From Pseudomonadales bacterium (GTDB taxonomy: Bacteria > Pseudomonadota > Gammaproteobacteria > Pseudomonadales > Azotimanducaceae): a stretch of 64,000 bases of DNA. Shown here in pieces: positions 55,738 through 64,000 of this stretch. Numbering within the stretch: the stretch's first letter is position 1; every line of letters starts with the position of its first letter. Both the position numbers and the translations under genes were made by a program. Below the pieces are notes generated by a model. That model did not search any database and was not told where the DNA came from. It worked only from the letters and a program-made list of their open reading frames with translations. The DNA is taken from positions 1,447,710-1,511,709 of the forward strand of contig OZ242357.1 of assembly GCA_965208815.1 (NCBI GenBank), given 5' to 3'.

Positions 55738-57696
55738 ATGAAACAGCTATTTTCCGCGGTGGGCCTTGCACTTCTGGTATTGCTTCTTGCTTCCTGCAGT
55801 TCCAGTCCACCTATCACTTACACAATATCGGGTGATTTCATCGTCGTTGAGAACCCTGAACCCGAAGATACCGACGCTTCTGACGAGGCTACCAGCGACA
55901 CATCGCTCGACTCTGAGTCGGAATCGAATGCGCCCTTAGATGCGACTTCTGTAACGATTTCCGTTACTTACGAAACTACGACCAAGGACGGGGAAACTGA
56001 AACAGTCGAATTGGCGTCAGGAAGTTTTGTTGACGGCAAAATCTCGTTTACTGGTGAGATCGCTGAGCCCACAACAGTGAAAATCTCTGCCGATGTGAAC
56101 GAGGAAGACCAATTTACTGTTGAAGCGTTGCTAACAGCTGAACATGAGGTCAAGTTCGCACTCATGGATTTCTGGGGTGAATATCCTTACGATCAGCTCG
56201 TTTTGGTTGGAGGTTCACATCTGTCGAAAGATAGCACCAAGAATTTCAGCATCACTGCTGATTTGAGTGCTGTTGACGAGGATTTGTCGAGCGCGATCGT
56301 AGATGCATATGGAACGCAATACGACGAAGAAGGAGAACCTCAAATGTTGGAACTCGGCAGAGTATTGCTTGTCGACAAAAAGTTTGTATTTGAGGCCGAT
56401 ATCGACGAACCTGCCATCATCAACGGGTTCGTCTCGACGGGAGGCGACTACCACGGATCATTTAGAGCAGTGGCCGAACCCAATGCCGACATTGCTATAT
56501 ATCCGCATGGGGATGGTTCAGCAAACGAACTCTTGGCAACTTCCGATTCCAGTATTCACAAAAACCTCATTGAAAGTTGGCAGCAGTCTGAAGAGTATTT
56601 GTCTACATTGGACAAATATTCCGACGCCTACAAGCAATATATGGCAGATTGGGAAGCCGAACAGGAAGCAGCAGAAAGCGAAGACGATAGTGAGACTGAT
56701 GCTTCAGGTGGGGAATTGGCTGAAGAGAACGAAGATCAAGTAACTGAAGAGGCCGGGGAAATGCTGGCTTCCGCAGAAACCGAAGAGGACACCTCCACCG
56801 AGGCAACGTCAGAAGATTCGTCAGACTCGACAGAAGCAGGTGTACTCCCCGCCGAAGGTTGCGAGCATATTGCTCAAGAAGCTGAACAATCTAGTGGCTT
56901 TTCGGCTGCTGGCGACTTTGAGATGCCCGCCTACTACAAATTCTATGAAGAACTTGAAACCATTCGATCTTCAGCATTACAGAAAGTCGCTCAAAATTTT
57001 GATAATCCGATGGAGTCGCTGCTGGCCATGGAATTGGGAGCATTTGGCTTTCGTTCAGAAAACCGAAGCGATGCATTTCCAATCTACGACAAACTTGCAG
57101 AGTTGCTTGACGATGAGATCGTCGCTAGCCGCGTGACACCTGCCCGAGAGAGACTCGTCTGGTTCTTGGAATCAGAAGAAAATGATTCTAGTTTGAGTCC
57201 GGGACAGAAGGCACCCGAGTTTACACTTGCCAACCTTGAAGGCACTGATGTTGCTCTCTACGAGGTGCTCGCCGAGAAAGAAGTCGTGCTCATCGACTTT
57301 TGGGCATCTTGGTGTGGTCCGTGCATCGCTGATTTTCCCGAGCTAAAGCGACTCTACGCGGCTTACGACGACCATGGTTTCGAAATCGTCGGTGTGTCTA
57401 TCGACAGCGCACATGAAGATTGGGAACAAGGATCAATCGACAACGAACTTCCTTGGATTGACCTGGGACAAATGGACGGATGGGAGGGTGCTATTGCGAC
57501 TACTTACGGAGTTCTGGCTATCCCTAAGGGCTATCTGCTTGATAGCAAAGGATGCATCTTGGAGAAGAACATCCGACCAGCCAGACTTGAGGAGGTTCTG
57601 GTCGCACGTTACGGTGAGGTGCCCGAATCCAGCGAGTCGGACGTAGAGACTGAATCATTGGATGCTGATTCGGGAACAGACGAAATGGGCGGGTGA
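55738..57696 (+). CDS. TlpA/ResA-like thioredoxin-fold lipoprotein with an acidic linker (paralog 1)
   Basis: ATG at 55738 gives MKQLFSAVGLALLVLLLASC (lipobox). The C-terminal FWASWCGPC motif marks the thioredoxin fold. The longer ORF from 55576 starts inside the IS end. Confidence 0.8.
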   Translation: MKQLFSAVGLALLVLLLASCSSSPPITYTISGDFIVVENPEPEDTDASDEATSDTSLDSESESNAPLDATSVTISVTYETTTKDGETETVELASGSFVDGKISFTGEIAEPTTVKISADVNEEDQFTVEALLTAEHEVKFALMDFWGEYPYDQLVLVGGSHLSKDSTKNFSITADLSAVDEDLSSAIVDAYGTQYDEEGEPQMLELGRVLLVDKKFVFEADIDEPAIINGFVSTGGDYHGSFRAVAEPNADIAIYPHGDGSANELLATSDSSIHKNLIESWQQSEEYLSTLDKYSDAYKQYMADWEAEQEAAESEDDSETDASGGELAEENEDQVTEEAGEMLASAETEEDTSTEATSEDSSDSTEAGVLPAEGCEHIAQEAEQSSGFSAAGDFEMPAYYKFYEELETIRSSALQKVAQNFDNPMESLLAMELGAFGFRSENRSDAFPIYDKLAELLDDEIVASRVTPARERLVWFLESEENDSSLSPGQKAPEFTLANLEGTDVALYEVLAEKEVVLIDFWASWCGPCIADFPELKRLYAAYDDHGFEIVGVSIDSAHEDWEQGSIDNELPWIDLGQMDGWEGAIATTYGVLAIPKGYLLDSKGCILEKNIRPARLEEVLVARYGEVPESSESDVETESLDADSGTDEMGG

Positions 57697-57718
57697 GGCT
57701 CAACTAATTTCTAGTGAA

Positions 57719-57754
57719 CCGGCGTATCGAAGTCTTCATTTCTCGGTACGCCGG
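57719..57754 (+). terminator. Hairpin terminator candidate
   Basis: ccggcgta...tacgccgg stem followed by tatcttttcc. Confidence 0.5.
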
Positions 57755-58303
57755 TATCTTTTCCAAATCTGACAAGCCAATAAGGTAGCCTGCGACTGTG
57801 CGATTTGAATGATTTCGCCAGGGCACCACGAATTCTCAACGTGATTCGTTCAAACTAATTCTTGAGAAATGAACCCCCTGGTGAGATTCAATTGTGGGAA
57901 ATTCTCTAGACCGTCTACAGTTGGTATTCATCAGGTGCGCCGTCGGGAGAGCAGGGAGTAACGTCTGTCTCCCCAAAAGGAATGGAACGACCTTCCCATT
58001 TCTTTGTACCACTAGCAAGTCGGTTGATAAAACGCTTCTAGCTAATCCAGATCCAACTCGGTGTCAAATTGAGTTGGCGGCGATCAATCGAAAAATGAAA
58101 TTGGGTTGAGCGAACCCTAGCCCACAAAGTGTTCACTGGCGGTCAGAACTCCCCAGGCAGTGAGAACTGTAGCTTTGCCGGATTAGAAGTTCCTATCTCA
58201 CACGTATATCCAAATCTTGCAAGTTCTTCTGGACTCGACAGATGGTTCCAGGGGCACGCTATAGAATGTACAGTTCAAATTCAACTCTGCTCACAGCACT
58301 TAC

Positions 58304-60259
58304 ATGAAAAAGCTACTTTCTTCATTTGGACTTGCACTTCTGGTATTGCTTCTAGCTTCCTGCAGTTCTAGTCCTCCAATCACTTACACAATTTCGGGTG
58401 ACTTCATTGTCGTAGATAATCCTGAGCCCCAAGAAGTTGACGATTCTGACGAGGCAACCACCGACACATCGTCTGATTCTGAGACAGAATCTACTGCACC
58501 CTTGGACGCTAGTTCCGTAACGATTTCAGTAACTTACGAGACCACAACCGAGGACGGAGAAACTGAAACAGTCGAATTGGCATCAGGAAGCTTCGTCGAC
58601 GGCAAGATTACGTTTACCGGAGAAATCAATGAACCGACGACTATAAAGATTTCAGCAGATGTGAGCGATGAGAACCAGTTTTCAGTCGAGACGTTGCTAA
58701 CAGCTGAACATGAGGTCAAGTTCGCGCTAATGGATTTCTGGGGTGAATTCCCCTACGATCAGCTCGTCTTGGTAGAGAGCGCACACTTATCTCAGGATTC
58801 CACCAAGAGTTTCACCGTTTCTGCTGACCTCAGTGCGGTGGACGCAGATTTATCGAGTGCTATCGCAACTGCTTGGGGCATGGAGTTCGATGAGGAAGGA
58901 GAACGCCAGCGTCTAGATCTTGGCAAAATCCTGCTTGTCGATAAGAAATTTGTAATTGAAGCCGACGTGGATGAACCAACTGTCATCAGTGGATACGTAT
59001 CCACAGGCGCTGACTACTATGGAATGTTTACCGCAGTTGCTGAGCCCAATGTCCAAATCGATGTGTTTCCCCATGAAGATGGTTCTGTGGATGAACTTTT
59101 GGTGACTTCCGACACTGGTATGCACAAGAACCTGATAGAGAGTTGGCAACAATCTTATGAATACTTGGCAAAGTTGGACGACTATGATGAAGCGTTTAAG
59201 CAGTATCAAGCCGAATGGGAAGCCAAACAAGAAGCTGCTGAAAGTGAGGAAGAGGGTGACCAAGACATTGGTACTTCTGATTCAGATGAGACGCTGATCG
59301 CCGAAGGAACTGACGAACAAGACTCTGAGGAGTCCTCGGAAACAGTTGCAACCGAAGATGCTGAGGCCGATGTGGATGAATCTTTGGCATCGGAGGATTC
59401 AACTTTACAGCCCGCCGAAGGGTGCGAGCACGTCGCTCAAGAGTCGGAACAATCCGTAGGTATTGCTGCCGCTAGCGATTATGAATATCCCGAGTATTAC
59501 CAGATTTACCTACAAAAACAATCGATTCAATCAAACGCACTGCAGAAGATTGCAAAGGAAATGAAGGATCCTTTAGAGTCTCTTCTCGCAATGGAGTTGG
59601 GAGCATTTAGTACTCGATCAGAAAACCCCAGCGATGCGTTTCCAGTTTACGACAAGCTCGCAGAGTTGCTCGACGAGGATCTAGTCGCACGACGAGTGTC
59701 TCCCGCTCGCGATAGATTCGCACGACAGTTGGAGTCTCAGGAAAATGATGCTAGCTTGAGTCCCGGCCAGAAAGCGCCGGAGTTCACACTTGCGAATCAC
59801 GATGGCACAGAAGTTGCTCTCTACGATGTCATTGCCGAGAAAGAAATGGTGCTCATCGATTTCTGGGCATCATGGTGTGGTCCATGCATCGCAGACTTTC
59901 CTGAATTGAAGAGGCTCTATGCGGCATACAACGACCTAGGCTTTGAGATAGTCGGAGTATCCATTGACAGCGCACTTGAAGATTGGGAACAGGGATCTAT
60001 CGACAATGAACTACCCTGGATCGATCTAGGAGAGATGGACGGATGGGAAGGCGCTACTGCAACTATGTACGGTGTTCTTGCAATTCCAAAGGGCTACTTG
60101 CTCGATTCACAGGGTTGCATTCTCGAAAAGAACATCCGTCCTGCCAGACTCGAAGAGGTACTCGTTGCTCAGTATGGTGAGGTGCCGGAATCAAGCGAGT
60201 TGGATGCAGAGACCGAATCGGATGAAATTGATTCCGGATCGGACGAAATGGGAGGATAG
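58304..60259 (+). CDS. TlpA/ResA-like thioredoxin-fold lipoprotein with an acidic linker (paralog 2)
   Basis: MKKLLSSFGLALLVLLLASC lipobox. FWASWCGPC. Colinear with paralog 1 over its whole length. Confidence 0.8.
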   Translation: MKKLLSSFGLALLVLLLASCSSSPPITYTISGDFIVVDNPEPQEVDDSDEATTDTSSDSETESTAPLDASSVTISVTYETTTEDGETETVELASGSFVDGKITFTGEINEPTTIKISADVSDENQFSVETLLTAEHEVKFALMDFWGEFPYDQLVLVESAHLSQDSTKSFTVSADLSAVDADLSSAIATAWGMEFDEEGERQRLDLGKILLVDKKFVIEADVDEPTVISGYVSTGADYYGMFTAVAEPNVQIDVFPHEDGSVDELLVTSDTGMHKNLIESWQQSYEYLAKLDDYDEAFKQYQAEWEAKQEAAESEEEGDQDIGTSDSDETLIAEGTDEQDSEESSETVATEDAEADVDESLASEDSTLQPAEGCEHVAQESEQSVGIAAASDYEYPEYYQIYLQKQSIQSNALQKIAKEMKDPLESLLAMELGAFSTRSENPSDAFPVYDKLAELLDEDLVARRVSPARDRFARQLESQENDASLSPGQKAPEFTLANHDGTEVALYDVIAEKEMVLIDFWASWCGPCIADFPELKRLYAAYNDLGFEIVGVSIDSALEDWEQGSIDNELPWIDLGEMDGWEGATATMYGVLAIPKGYLLDSQGCILEKNIRPARLEEVLVAQYGEVPESSELDAETESDEIDSGSDEMGG

Positions 60260-60288
60260 GGCTTAAAAGAAGCTTAATACGTAAATCA

Positions 60289-60336
60289 GCGTACCGAAAT
60301 CTCCTTGTTGAAGCAGCTCTTCATCTTTCGGTACGC
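60289..60336 (+). terminator. Hairpin terminator candidate
   Basis: gcgtaccgaaa...tttcggtacgc stem followed by cggatttctttcc. Related to the hairpin after paralog 1. Confidence 0.45.
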
Positions 60337-60642
60337 CGGATTTCTTTCCAGTTTCGAGCTGAATTGTTCGATTTTGTGAATCGGCAGAATTGAGCTTTAA
60401 CTAAGCTCAATTGAATGCTGCTACTTCGATGGGGGCGATATTAGTAACCTTCAAATGTGTCTTCAATCTGCATTGAGGTTCCCAACAATTGAAACCCGTT
60501 GCACTTCTTGCGATGAATGTTTTGGAAGCTATACACTAAATGCCGTAGTGCGATGAAGACAAGCCACCTATAGCTTGTAGCTTGGAAGAATTGGAGGCGA
60601 AGTGTGGAAGCCCGGCGAAACACTATGAAGTGTTACGATCCG

Positions 60643-61416
60643 TTATTCGTTAACCCACTTGGCATTTCGCTTTTCTCGGAACGCCGCCATGCCCTCGGCA
60701 GCCTCTTCAGATCGAAACATCCGGCCGCTCCAAACCGATGTCTGTTCAAATCCTTCGGAACGATCCCATCCGGGAACCCGGCGCACCAGCTTTTTGCACT
60801 CGACAACTGCATTCGGGCCGCCCATGTTGATCATATCGATCTCTTCTTGAACAGCGGACTTAAGCTGATCGGCAGGAACTGCTCTGTGCACAAAGCCCAT
60901 GTCCACTGCTTGAGAGCCCGTGAATCTTTCGCCCGTGAGGAAAAGCTTCATTGCATGGTGGGTCCCAAGTTTTGGAATGCAAACAACCGAGATCACTGCA
61001 GGGATCACACCGATACGGACTTCGCTAAAACTAAATCTGGCGTCTTCCACTGCAACGACGATGTCGGCTGCTCCCACCAGACCCAATCCACCGGCAAACG
61101 CGGCTCCGTTTACTGCCGCAATCACTGGTTTGTCGCTATCCATGATTCGGGTAAGCACATCCGGGTACGGAACAGACCTTCTTCCTTCAATTGAAGCACC
61201 CGGAGGGCTCTTAAGGTCTGCACCGGAACAGAAAGCGGGCGGTGCGCCGGTTATCACAGTGCACCGAACAGATGGGTCTTGGTTCGCTTCCCCAAGATGG
61301 TCGTAAAGTTCGCTAACAAGTACCGACGAGAGTGCGTTTCGGTTATCTGGACGATTGAGCGTTATCCAAGCCGCACCTGTCTCGATCTCATACTTGGTGG
61401 CTTCTGTCGTTGCCAT
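60643..61416 (-). CDS. Enoyl-CoA hydratase/isomerase family (methylglutaconyl-CoA hydratase-like by context)
   Basis: Crotonase fold motifs (...FCSGADL..., AAVNGAAFAGG). The start overlaps the upstream stop by 1 nt. Confidence 0.75.
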   Translation of the reverse strand: MATTEATKYEIETGAAWITLNRPDNRNALSSVLVSELYDHLGEANQDPSVRCTVITGAPPAFCSGADLKSPPGASIEGRRSVPYPDVLTRIMDSDKPVIAAVNGAAFAGGLGLVGAADIVVAVEDARFSFSEVRIGVIPAVISVVCIPKLGTHHAMKLFLTGERFTGSQAVDMGFVHRAVPADQLKSAVQEEIDMINMGGPNAVVECKKLVRRVPGWDRSEGFEQTSVWSGRMFRSEEAAEGMAAFREKRNAKWVNE

Positions 61417-63401
61417 TAGTTTTCTCCCTCGGGTGTATCCATTTCAACGAGAACGACATCTTTGTCGACCTGGTCGCCGGCTTCAACACGAAGACCGGTG
61501 ACTACTCCATCCATAGGAGCGGTAATGCGGTGTTCCATTTTCATTGCTTCAAGAATGACGAGAAGCTGTCCCGCTCGAACTCTCTGACCAACACTCACTT
61601 CAGTGGTCAGAATCTTTCCTGGCATTGGAGCTGAGAGACCGCCTTCGATATCGTCGGTTCCAGGTAGCACAAATCGAGGAAGTTCTTTGAGAGCAATATC
61701 CCCAGCTGGTCCTTGTACGAACCATGTATCCGGATCTCCGGAGATTTCAAACTCCATTCGACGGTCGTTGATCGTGAGTTCAGCTGAACTGGGAGTTACC
61801 GAAAGTACCTCTACTTTGTATGCCCTATCGTCCACCGTCATTTCGAATGTGGTTCTCGATTTCGCACGGTACTCAAGCCGCAAATTACTCCCGTCGTGTT
61901 CAAATGTGGCTCGCTCTGGAGGCATATGTGAGTTTCGCCATCCGGTTGGTATGTGTGAGAGGACCTTGGCGTCATTGCGACGTGTGCACTGGCTGCAAAC
62001 AGCAATTGCGATGACGGCATCAGCCAATTCCTGCTGACTGGGGTTATGAACCAAAGTCGGCTGGACGCGATCGATAAAGTCTGTTGTCGTGTCGCCTGCG
62101 ATGAATTCGGGTGTACGCAACGTTGCAACAAGGAAGTCGCGATTGTTTCTGATTCCCTGAATGCTCGTGGTTTCAAGTGCACGAGCGAGTTTGGCAACGG
62201 CTTCGCGACGGGTAGCGCCGTGTGTTATGACTTTTGCGATCATCGGATCAAATTCGACGTTTACCTCGCTTCCTTCCGAAACTCCGGAGTCGAATCGCGC
62301 CGTGTTGCTGGGTCGCCACACCTTAAGAACACCTGGAGATGGCAAAAAACCTCGTGCCGGATCTTCGGCGTACAGCCGTGCTTCTACCGAGTGTCCGTTG
62401 ATTGCCAGATCGCTTTGGTCGTAACCTAGTGGTTCTCCTTCGGCAACCCGGATTTGTTCTCGCACGAGATCAAATCCGGTGATCTCTTCAGTGATGGGGT
62501 GTTCGACTTGAAGGCGTGTGTTTACCTCGAGAAACCAAAATTCGTCTTTTGATACCAGGAATTCAACCGTTCCAGCTGACGAGTACCCAAGTTTTTTGGC
62601 CGCAGAGATTGCCGCCTCTCCCATTCTCGCTCGTAGTTCCTCACTAACAGCAGGCGATGGCGCTTCTTCAATAATCTTCTGATGTCTACGCTGAATGGAA
62701 CACTCTCTTTCGAAGAAGTAGACGACGTTACCGTGGAGATCACCCATGATTTGGATTTCCACATGTCGTGAAGATGTGACCCATCGTTCAAGAAAAACGG
62801 TGTCGTCGCCAAACGAAGCACCTGCTTCGCGCCGAGCACTATCGACCGCATCTGCAAGTTCCTCTTGGCTCTCGACAATTCGCATTCCACGACCACCACC
62901 TCCCGCGGATGCTTTGACGAGCACGGGATAGCCCACGTCTTTAGCAGCGGCGTTGATATTGGTGGATTCGTCGATTCGCTGCGCAGTAAGCGTAGGAACA
63001 GATGCTTCCGACATCATCGCTTTTGCGGCGAGTTTGTCTCCCATCTGGCCGATAGCTTCTGGGGGAGGACCGATCCATATGATTCCAGCATCTTGAACTG
63101 CCTGTGCGAAGTTCGCATTTTCCGAGAGAAAACCATAACCTGGATGGACGGCGTCTGCCCCGGACATTTTGCAGGCATCGATGATCTTATCGGCGTTGAG
63201 ATATGTCTCGGCAGATGTCTTGCCATTCAACGCAATCGCAATATCCGCCTCCTTGACAAACGGAAGGTTGATATCTCCGTCTGCATAGACGGCCGCCGTA
63301 GCTATTCCCATATCTCTCGCAGTACGAAAGACTCGACTCGCGATCTCGCCGCGATTGGCAACGAGGATTCTGCGGATAGGTTTGATGTCTACATTCTCCA
63401 C
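61416..63401 (-). CDS. Biotin-dependent acyl-CoA carboxylase alpha subunit (biotin carboxylase + BCCP)
   Basis: GTG at 63401, preceded by aaggag 8 nt upstream. RILVANRGEIA. C-terminal EAMKMEH biotinylation motif. The longer ORF to 63692 overlaps the upstream gene. Confidence 0.85.
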   Translation of the reverse strand: MENVDIKPIRRILVANRGEIASRVFRTARDMGIATAAVYADGDINLPFVKEADIAIALNGKTSAETYLNADKIIDACKMSGADAVHPGYGFLSENANFAQAVQDAGIIWIGPPPEAIGQMGDKLAAKAMMSEASVPTLTAQRIDESTNINAAAKDVGYPVLVKASAGGGGRGMRIVESQEELADAVDSARREAGASFGDDTVFLERWVTSSRHVEIQIMGDLHGNVVYFFERECSIQRRHQKIIEEAPSPAVSEELRARMGEAAISAAKKLGYSSAGTVEFLVSKDEFWFLEVNTRLQVEHPITEEITGFDLVREQIRVAEGEPLGYDQSDLAINGHSVEARLYAEDPARGFLPSPGVLKVWRPSNTARFDSGVSEGSEVNVEFDPMIAKVITHGATRREAVAKLARALETTSIQGIRNNRDFLVATLRTPEFIAGDTTTDFIDRVQPTLVHNPSQQELADAVIAIAVCSQCTRRNDAKVLSHIPTGWRNSHMPPERATFEHDGSNLRLEYRAKSRTTFEMTVDDRAYKVEVLSVTPSSAELTINDRRMEFEISGDPDTWFVQGPAGDIALKELPRFVLPGTDDIEGGLSAPMPGKILTTEVSVGQRVRAGQLLVILEAMKMEHRITAPMDGVVTGLRVEAGDQVDKDVVLVEMDTPEGEN

Positions 63402-64000
63402 GTGCCGAACTCCTTGGTGCCTTGTACTTCTCCACTGTGACTGGCCGATAACGATATGCCTAGTACATTGCGGGTTTCTCTTGGATCGATCATTGCATCG
63501 TCTGTAATTCGAGACGTGGCAAAGAGACCTTTGGAGCGTTCTTCGAGCCAGTATTCGGCCCCAGCCACACGTTTGGCATTTGCATCTTCGTCGAAGGGAA
63601 GGCCGCGTCTTTGGGCTGCCCGGCGTTGAACTATAGTCATTACGCCAGCTTGTTGCCTTGGTCCCATTACAGCGATTTTTGCTGTTGGCCACGTATAGGT
63701 AAATCGTGTTCCGTACGCACGCCCGCTCATGCCGTAATTCCCTGCGCCATACGAAGCACCAGCGATTACGCTGAAGTGGGGAACTGTTGAATTCGTGACC
63801 GCATTGATCATTTTGGACCCGTTCTTGGTAATGCCACCCTGTTCAAACGAAGCGCCAACAACATACCCAGTGATGTTGTGAAGAAATAGAAGTGATACAT
63901 CAATTTGATTGCATAACTGTATGAATTGAGAAGCTTTTTCAGCGGACTCCGACATTAGCGGACCGTTGTTGCCAAGAATTCCGACGGGGTATCCGTGAAT
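63389..64000 (-). CDS. Acyl-CoA carboxylase carboxyltransferase (beta) subunit; the 5' end lies outside the window
   Basis: The ORF is open to the window edge. ...FLHNITGYVVG...NGSKMINAV...SVIAGASYGAGNYGMSG... is typical of MccB/PccB-type carboxyltransferases. Confidence 0.8.
   Translation of the reverse strand: MHGYPVGILGNNGPLMSESAEKASQFIQLCNQIDVSLLFLHNITGYVVGASFEQGGITKNGSKMINAVTNSTVPHFSVIAGASYGAGNYGMSGRAYGTRFTYTWPTAKIAVMGPRQQAGVMTIVQRRAAQRRGLPFDEDANAKRVAGAEYWLEERSKGLFATSRITDDAMIDPRETRNVLGISLSASHSGEVQGTKEFGTWRM

Noticed and set aside
63402-63692. A 97-codon N-terminal extension of the biotin carboxylase ORF.
   Set aside because: It overlaps the well-supported carboxyltransferase frame, and its translation is not protein-like. 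A GTG at 63401 with an aaggag RBS gives the canonical ...IRRILVANRGEIA N-terminus.
1-64000. A search by eye for CRISPR arrays, rRNA genes, a reverse transcriptase or retron, and tandem-repeat RNA antitoxins.
   Set aside because: I saw no regularly spaced short repeats, no RT motifs (YxDD) in any listed ORF, and no rRNA-like segments. A computational repeat scan would be needed for certainty.

Overview
The window is a chromosomal segment of about 50% GC by eye. Its gene content (CxPxR sulfatase, several PhyH-type dioxygenases, Gfo/Idh/MocA, TlpA-like lipoproteins) suggests a marine Planctomycetota-type genome, but that is inference only. There are three kinds of content. (1) Ordinary metabolic and housekeeping genes: 3-16195 is an oxygenase, acyl-CoA dehydrogenase and hydrolase cluster, and 38001-53905 holds an FAD oxidoreductase, an ABC exporter pair, an IMPase, a sulfatase, an M48 protease and others. 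55738-60259 holds two TlpA-like paralogs, and 60643-64000 is a methylcrotonyl-CoA carboxylase type cluster. (2) A genomic island of about 21.5 kb sits in tRNA-Asn(GTT), bounded by a perfect 46-bp direct repeat (16312-16357 and 37822-37867). Its cargo is almost entirely defence-like. It carries a PHP-Rad50/SMC-like ATPase with an AlbA_2/HATPase_c_4 partner, and I cannot assign this pair to any named system. It also carries an orphan PD-(D/E)xK-like gene, an MmeI-family Type IIL enzyme next to a GmrSD-AlbA_2 fusion, and an Mrr-nuclease-STAND (Avs-like) gene split by an IS3 element. A P4-like integrase in the island is inactivated by two frameshifts. (3) Four visibly GC-rich insertion sequences are present: two 1700-bp IS1380-family copies (1214-2913 and 53968-55667) and two 1397-bp IS3-family copies (30411-31807 and 36400-37796). 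I found no CRISPR array, rRNA or reverse transcriptase. All functional calls come from motif recognition by eye in the supplied translations. No database search was run.
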